A stretch of 64,000 nt of DNA from the human T2T-CHM13v2.0 reference genome, Homo sapiens. The position numbers were made by a program, and so were the translations under genes. Shown one piece after another: positions 56,756-64,000 of this stretch. How positions within the stretch are numbered: the stretch's first letter is position 1; each line of letters opens with the position of its first letter. Location: assembly GCF_009914755.1 (NCBI RefSeq), contig NC_060926.1. One strand, 5' to 3'. The notes under the pieces were generated by a model that saw only the letters and a list, made by a program, of their open reading frames with translations, made no database searches and had not been told where the DNA came from.

Positions 56756-57849
56756 ACAGTCCTACTAGTTGCAGGGGATACATTATGCCTAGTGTCATTG
56801 TTTGGAAGCACCTCTACTGAAATTGCTATATCCCCAGCTTTTCTTCCAGCCTCCTTCTGCTCTCCTTTGAAAGACAGTGAACACCCGCCTACCCATAACA
56901 GAGTCAGAATAATCACTCTGATTTAAAAGTTAGAAGTTTCACTAGGTTAGCATTTTCCTTGGAGATTTAGCATCCCAGGCTAAGTCAACTTTGCCTCTCA
57001 TCATTGTCAAATCTGGCTTCTGAACACCCCACCGTGTGAAACAGGAATTGGCTGCAGCATGAAGGTATTGCTGGAGCAATTGCAAGGCAAAGGAAGTGAA
57101 AGAAAAAAAAAAACAAAACAAACCAGTGGCTTCAGCTACGTCTGCTGCAGAAGCCAGCCGATGAAAATTAACCCAGCTCTTTAATCACAATCTTCTATCC
57201 CAGAATTTTCAGCTGAGAGAAATGATAATCATTTGGTTCATTGATTCTGGGATTAATCACTGAAGTTAATCTTGGCATGTATTGATTCCATTTCTGCTGG
57301 CTGTAACTAAAGTGTTCAAATTACTTATTCCAACTCTGACAAGAATAGGTTCCCAAAACAAAGGAAGTCAAAGATGAGCTATTACACCTGACAGCTCTGC
57401 ACAGCACCCAGTGACAGCACTGACTACCCATCCTTCGGCAAGATGGGCCCCTAATAGGGAAGAATCAAGCACCTGTTCTTGCTATTATACACTGGTGTTT
57501 TATAAAGTTGATCCATCAGTGTCTAGAAGAAATGGAGGTGGTTTTATCTTGAAGAATCTGAACTCAAAATCTGGCTGCACAGACAAGCAAATTATGTAGG
57601 CAACACAGTAGAACAGGCCGATTTCACCAACTTGACTTTTATCAGAAAACACCAGTATTTGTTACCTTGCAATCCTCCAGAGTTTCCTGGTGCTGACCAT
57701 TTGCCAGCATAAGCTTCATTGCAAAGCACAATTTGCAAAATAACATGGTGCATTCACCCCTTCCTTAACCTGTGAACTTCAGGCATGATAGTTACAATGA
57801 AATATCTTTTATTGAGTATACTTTTGTATGGCATGCTAAAAGAGACAGA

Positions 57850-59020
57850 GGGGACTTCTATCTTGGTGTTACAGTTGACTAGGTATTCTAAGTGGCCCTG
57901 TCACTATAGTACACCTAAATCTTAGGAAGGATACTGACTGCATTTGTAGCTCGGCTGGTTTTAAGAATGTAGGGAAAGCTTCAAAACCTATAAATAGTAA
58001 ACAGGAACTAGAGGGATAAAAACAATGGGTGTGTGAGTGAGGGATTTAACAATAATACAGGACAGAACTAAAATACTGGACAAAAAGAGTATGTAAATAA
58101 GGAAGGAGAACCATTCTAAGTGCCTTATATTAATACAAATGGGGGATTCAGTTCTTGTTTAACTTACGTTTTCTCAACCTCGCACCAATGAAATTTGGAG
58201 CTAGCCCATTCTTTGTTGTGAGGGACTGCCCTGCACACTGTAGGATGTTTAACAGGATCTCTGTCCTCTATCCACTACATGGAAGTTGCAGAAAAATGTT
58301 TCCAGACATTACCCAACATACCTTGGGGACAAAATCACCACCCCCACTTAAGACGACTAATTTAATTTGACACTTTTTAAGCTAAACATATATGTTAAAA
58401 TTTCAAAGATAATCAATCAAAGAAATATCCTATATACATTCCATACAAATTGAGAGAAAATTCTATAAAGCAAGAAACGAAAAAACAAAAAAAAAATCTT
58501 AACCCAAACAAGGCAAAATGCATACAAAAATGGAACAACTATATATCAGAAAGATGGCAGAAAGCAAGTTCAAATATATCCAGCATAACATCGAGTTCCA
58601 CTTCCAAAAAGGTGACATGCAGAGCTCTATGGACTCACTTTCCAGCAAAGCAGTCATAACTGGGGAAATTTACATAATGAGAAGCATTTTAAGTCTCTGA
58701 AAATTGTACTATGGGCATACAGCAAATAAAAACCACTTTTAAAAAAATCTACTAAATCAGAGTAAAAATAAAAATAAGATATGTGGCACTTGAGTCATGA
58801 TCTGCTTCCTCCCTCACCCCCACGCTGATAAGTGGCATACTTGACTCTTCATTCTTTGTACACCACTCATCATCACGCTCAGCACGATGGAATCACAGGG
58901 AATTGGAAAGTGTGTCAAATAACACCTTGAGGATGCAATCGGCCAAATCAAGAATCGTAGAAATTTTCAGAACAAACGGCATTATTTCTCCAACATATAA
59001 ATGGCAAGAAAAAAAGAGGA
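57850..59020 (+). mobile_element. Mosaic of decayed L1M fragments
   Basis: 5'-end-like (aagtctctgaaaattgt...gcatacagcaaat...tgtggcacttgag) and 3'-like (ggatgcaatcggccaaatc) pieces. Confidence 0.5.
58165..58358 (-). mobile_element. MER20
   Basis: tttctcaacctcgcac...ttctttgttgtgagggactgccctgcacactgtaggatgttta...aatgtttccagacatt. Confidence 0.85.
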
Positions 59021-59089
59021 AGAAAACGCCCTGATTTCCCTTCCTCGCCAATATTGTTGCAAGAAATGTGATTCCATTCTCAACTGCCA

Positions 59090-59505
59090 GGAAAGAATAC
59101 TGAACTTTGTCTAAGCCTGTCCACCCAATCCTTTTCCCTCACTCCTACGAGTGGTCCACAGGTGATCATGTGATCCAAGGCTTCCAAACAAATAGAACAA
59201 ATAAATTTCAAACCTTTTTCTGGGAAATGTAAGTCAATGATACACTCTATTCACTCAGACATTTCAGTACACACATGTAAGAGTTCAAACTGCTGAAAAT
59301 GTTTTAACCATAATAAAAGTAAATCTGAGAGATAAGCTAATAAGCATAGAAAAATGGACAGGGCAACAGCTTCACAAAAGAAAGAAGCTGAGATCTTGAA
59401 CAAACTGTTCCAAAACCCTATAAGATAACTCTTTATAGCTCAGTTAGCTACTATTTTCCTTTTATTTCAAAGCCAATTTGACTGGAGCTGTTCTATAACT
59501 TGCAG
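59090..59505 (+). mobile_element. Old MaLR LTR (MLT1K/L-like)
   Basis: catgtgatccaagg...aagccaatttgactggagc...aacttgca. Confidence 0.4.
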
Positions 59506-59946
59506 AAATACCACCACAGCATTTTAACATAGGTAAAGCCACAGCATTTAGCCACAGCATTTAACGTAGGTAAAAGTCTCTGGAAACAAAGGCACTGGGC
59601 TTAAAATTGTTAGGCAATGCCACCTCTTCAAGGAATAGATCAAAAATGAAGGGTCTCTGTCAGAATCTGTTTCATAGAAAAAAAAGAAAAGAATGAAAAG
59701 TCAAGTACACCACTTATCAGACACCAGTGTTCCTGATTAAGTCACCCATTATTTTTAAGGAAGAAGAAAATAACAAGCATTCAAAGGCATGAAAACAACT
59801 AAGTAAAGAGTTAAACCAGTTGCCAGGTGCATTTCATTTATTTTTAACCAATGTATGTGTTTGATAACTTTTAGGTCTTTGGTACTCCTTATGACTGTTA
59901 AGTTATTGTTTCCACTTTTCTGATAGGTTTTTATTCCTGTTTTCAG

Positions 59947-60090
59947 ATTAATTCAACTGTTCAAGTCAATGAATAGATATTGCTTTCCTACTGTGAGGAA
60001 GTCAGCACTGCTCAAAAGTGCTGATGGCTCAAAAACAAACATGACTGGTCTCTTCCCTAAGGAACTCATGGGTTAGAAGAGCACACAGAC
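59947..60090 (-). mobile_element. L2 3' end
   Basis: tggtctcttccctaaggaactcat...cacagac. Confidence 0.55.
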
Positions 60091-60686
60091 ACCATATCAA
60101 AACTATCCTCAAACTGTATTCTAACTTCCACGAAAGAGTTACATACAGAGGAGAAGAGTTGGAGATCCTGACTGATACATCACTCAAGACTCATAGTTTA
60201 TGCAATTATTTTTCCATAAATTGAGCCATCAGCCTATCCCAACAAAAAGCAGTAGGAAAAAATATGACACAGATTACATACCACTTTCCATTTGGACAAG
60301 AGAAGCCTGCCTGCGCTTCTCATGTTAGACATCTTATTTGCCAAAACATTTATTTTAAAAGAGGGGAGAAAAAGAAAAGACAGCAACATAAAAATTTGCC
60401 TGCATGTCCAAGTTTCCTCTTATCAATAACCTCTGAAAATTTGGACGAAATTTTTATGCTTGCCTCAAACCCTGCCATATTTTCAGTTTCTAAGTCTTGG
60501 TTTTGGTTTCTGGTCTCCTCAGATCAGAAGATATCTCATTCTTATACTTTCATGAGATCTAGTAATAATACTAAATTCCATGCCGTCTTCTGACAAAGAG
60601 CCGGACTTGGATATGTATTTCAACTCCTCTATATTTGTCTTTTCAAGACACTTCTCAATGATCACTTAATAATCTGTTTTGCAGAG

Positions 60687-61038
60687 TGTAGTCCATTTTC
60701 ACACTGCTGATGAAAATATACCTGAGACTGGGAAGAAAAAGAGGTTTAATTGGACTTACAGTTCCACGTGGCTGGGCAGGCCTCAGAATCATGGCATGAG
60801 GCGAAAGACACTTCTTACATGGTGGCAGCAACAGAAAAATGAGGAAAGAGCAAAACCAGAAACCCCTGATAAGCCCATGAGATCTCGTGAGACTTATTCA
60901 TTATCACGAGAATAACATGGGAAAGACCAGTCCCCATGATTCAATTACCTCCCCCTGTGTCCCTCCCACAACACGTGGGAATTCTGGGAAATACAATTCA
61001 AGTTGAGACTTAGTTGGGGACACAGCCAAACTATATCA
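60687..61038 (-). mobile_element. THE1C-like MaLR solo LTR
   Basis: gatctcgtgagacttattca...ccctcccacaacacgtgggaattctggg...acagccaaactatatca; perfect 5-bp TSD cagag. Confidence 0.93.
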
Positions 61039-61149
61039 CAGAGCTTGAGCAATTGATTCATTGTTAAGATTTGCTAATAATTCAATTTTATGTGTGTTTT
61101 ATAATTTCCTATTCTACCTAAGTGTCCTCTCCCTAATATATTCTAAAAT

Positions 61150-61358
61150 ATTCTTTTTCAAACTTTTCATTTTATATCACAGCCCTATACAAACACACAC
61201 ACACATATGCACACATACATGCACACACACAAAATGAAAATATCATAGAACAGTTGCTGTTACTACTCTAATATTTGCTGTCTTATTCAATGTTTTAAAA
61301 TTCTGGTTGCAAACAACCAAACTGATTTCTCCACCTGTAATGTTTGGACAACACAGCT
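61150..61358 (-). mobile_element. MER119-like hAT MITE
   Basis: tttcaaacttt...(CA) tract...ctggttgcaaac...aaactgatttc...tttggacaaacacag. Confidence 0.55.
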
Positions 61359-62441
61359 CTAAAGAGTTTAATGAACTGTATAACTGTGGAAATCTCTTCC
61401 AAGATTCTAGTTTCCAATTTCAATTTGGTTATTTCTATTCTTTAATGTTTTCTGTTATTAACTGAGAGGTATATGAGACATCCTCAAATATTATCTAAGA
61501 CCTCTCTCAAATAAAAGAATGATGTCATAGTACTGGGTCTTCCTTATGGTAAAACATTTATATATAACTATGCATATAACAAAATTTAGTTCATTCTATT
61601 AATTTTCTAGAAATGATTTTGATAATTGTAAGTTATTTGTTATTTCCAGTTTGTCACAATATTAATTCACTGCCCTTTGCTTTTTAATAATTAACATTGC
61701 TAGTTTTCTGCTTGCTTTTCCTCAATGCCCACACATCATTACTGACATGGATTTGGAATCCAGTGAGTGATCTTCATTTTCGTAATTATCACCTACAATC
61801 ACAAAACATTGCTATCATAAATTTAATTTACAAATATTATAGAAATTCTCTCATCCACAAAGTTGTTGACCTTTTCTTTCTAATTTCATCGAACTACATG
61901 TATATACAGTCAATAAATCTGAGAAAGTGCACACAATGAAATATTCATTAGAAACCCAAGTAGTTTGCCAGACTTTGGTTTGTAACCATATGGTCCATGA
62001 TCTCTAAATTCTTTAGCATTGTAACCTTCATGCAAATTCTAATATTCTATCCAAAGAAATCTGCCAATCCATATCTAAATTAAATTTAAAAATGAATCAA
62101 AAGCTTTCAGCCTTATTCCTGGCTCCTAGGCCTGCAAAGTAAGCAGCAGTCAAGCTGGCTTGCAGTGGATTGACTAAGTACTGGTTCAAAGGCCTCTAGT
62201 AATCACTAGGAGTCTAACAGATCCTGACCCCCTGGTGCCTACAGGAGGCCAGATAGCATGGAGCCTTTAGGAGCAGGTTCGGGTGGCTCCATGTCAATAC
62301 TTCGGTAGTCCCTACAGGGGTTGCTCTTTTGTTCTCAATAGCATCTTCCCAAAGATTTACCTTTTCCTTCCAGCCCCATCTGCCTTCTTTCAAAAATTCT
62401 CAGCAGATGATCTAGTCTTAGATTTTACCATCTCTGCTGCC

Positions 62442-63058
62442 AATAACAGCTAACATGTATTGAGGGTTTCTTACAGCCCCATGGACTGAATATTTGTGTC
62501 CCTCTGAAATTTGTATGCCAAAACCTAATCTGTAATGTGATGGTATTTGGAGACGTGGACTTTGGGATGTAATTATGTCATAAGGATGGAGCCCTCATGA
62601 CGGGATTCATGCCTTAATAAGAACAGACAAAACAGCCTGCTCCTATCTCTCTATACCATCTGAAAATACAATGAGAAGACAGCAATCTGCAGGCCAGGAA
62701 GAGTGCTCTCACCAGGCACTGGATCTGCCGGTGCCCTGATCTTAGACTTCTCAGTCTCCAGATCTGTGAAAAATAAATATTGCTTAAGCCACAAAACCTA
62801 TGGTAATTAGTCACAGTAGTGCAAATGGAAGAGGCCTATGGCTAGGCTCAATTTTAATTAACTTACATGTATGAATTCACTTAGCATTCCTGACAGCCCC
62901 AGGAAGTAAGAACTGTCAGTATCTCACTTTTAAAGATGAAGATACTGAGTCACCTTAAGGTTAAGCTAACTACTCACGATCTCACCGTCGTTTTGTGGAA
63001 AAACAGAGCTATTAATCAGAAAATGTGACTCCGAAGGTGGAGTTCTTGACAATTACAT
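62442..63058 (-). mobile_element. MIR split by MLT1A
   Basis: aataacagctaacatgtattgag [LTR] ...ttttaaagatgaagatactgag...tgtgactcc. Confidence 0.75.
62478..62832 (+). mobile_element. MaLR LTR, MLT1A0-like
   Basis: atggactgaatatttgtgtcc...aatgtgatggtatttggag...ggagccctcatg...gatcttagacttc. Confidence 0.88.
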
Positions 63059-63149
63059 TAAAGTACAGGCTCTTGGGGAAAGGCTTCCTCAGTCTCTCTC
63101 TTCTTCACATCTACAGATATGTACACTGTACCACTGACCATATCCCACC

Positions 63150-64000
63150 TATGTGCCTAGCTAAGGTTACCTTTCAACTTGTGTTCTAGAATTGTCCCCC
63201 CTCCTAGAGGCAACCGTCCCCTTTGTCTAAACCTTTCCAATTATGTCTTCCTAGTCCTTCAATGTAAAAACTAAAGCTAAAGTAAACGAAACCTACATTC
63301 AACCCTATTTAGTCCTGAACTTAGAGACACATCTTTCTTCCGTTTACAGCTGAGCTTCTTGAAAAAGTGATCTATTCCTCAATCCTAAATGATTACATTT
63401 ATTTGTCTCAAATTTACTCAGTAATTTACTGAAAGCAATTTTGAAAGGCCCTGAAAGATCTCTCCCTGTGGAATTCAGTGTTTGTTGTCCTGTTCTAACT
63501 TTTCCATATGGTCAGCAGAATCTGGCAGAGTTGAGTGCTTTGTTCTAGAGGCAGTTCCTTTCATTTCTACAATCCTCTCCTGTTATTCCCTTCCTATCTC
63601 CCAGTGAGCTCATTATTGAGAGATTCTCATTGGGCTTTTTATTCTACCGGTTCCTTAACTGTATCAGTGGCCTCAACATCCTTACCTCAACCTCTTCTCT
63701 TTTTCATTTGGATACTACCCCACAGTCTCAATGATCACTCTTAGGCTTCTAACTGCAAGACATGCATTTAGCCCTGATTATTCATCTGAGCTCCAGCCTA
63801 AACTGCCTCAAATACCTCTGAAACAAATTCAAATGGATATTTTGCAGGCCACTCAATCTCAAAGCTAAAACGAATCCGCCACCCCCACCATAGCTTTTTC
63901 TCCTAATTTTTCTATCTTGACAATGGGACCGCCATCCATCACTATCTACCTTAAGCCTGTAACCTCAGACTCTTCTACTTCTTTCTCTCCCTCATTTTCC
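63150..64000 (+). mobile_element. L2 fragment running off the window end
   Basis: ctgagctccagcc...ggatattttgcaggccactc...aatgggaccgccatccat. Confidence 0.7.

Overview
Primate, most likely human, non-coding genomic DNA: an AluY carrying 4 of the 5 Ya5 diagnostic bases is present. The window is AT-rich, CpG-poor, has no CpG island, and is dominated by interspersed repeats: 11 Alu/FLAM elements, old and primate L1 fragments, L2, MIR, CR1/L3, about 15 LTRs or LTR fragments (MaLR MLT1/THE1, ERVL LTR33/41-like, ERV1 LTR8 and LTR39-like) and hAT/mariner MITEs (MER20, MER58A, MER119, MADE1). I can support no protein-coding exon, RNA gene or processed pseudogene; the listed ORFs are Alu/L1/microsatellite read-throughs or chance frames. 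I found no new biological system. The best leads are a very young AluYa5-lineage insertion, a twin-primed inverted L1, an intact LTR8 solo LTR, several repeat-free motif-dense candidate enhancers, two candidate minus-strand non-coding exons and several local palindromes and duplications. Subfamily names come from recalled consensus sequences and need RepeatMasker/Dfam confirmation. Boundaries of old elements are approximate.
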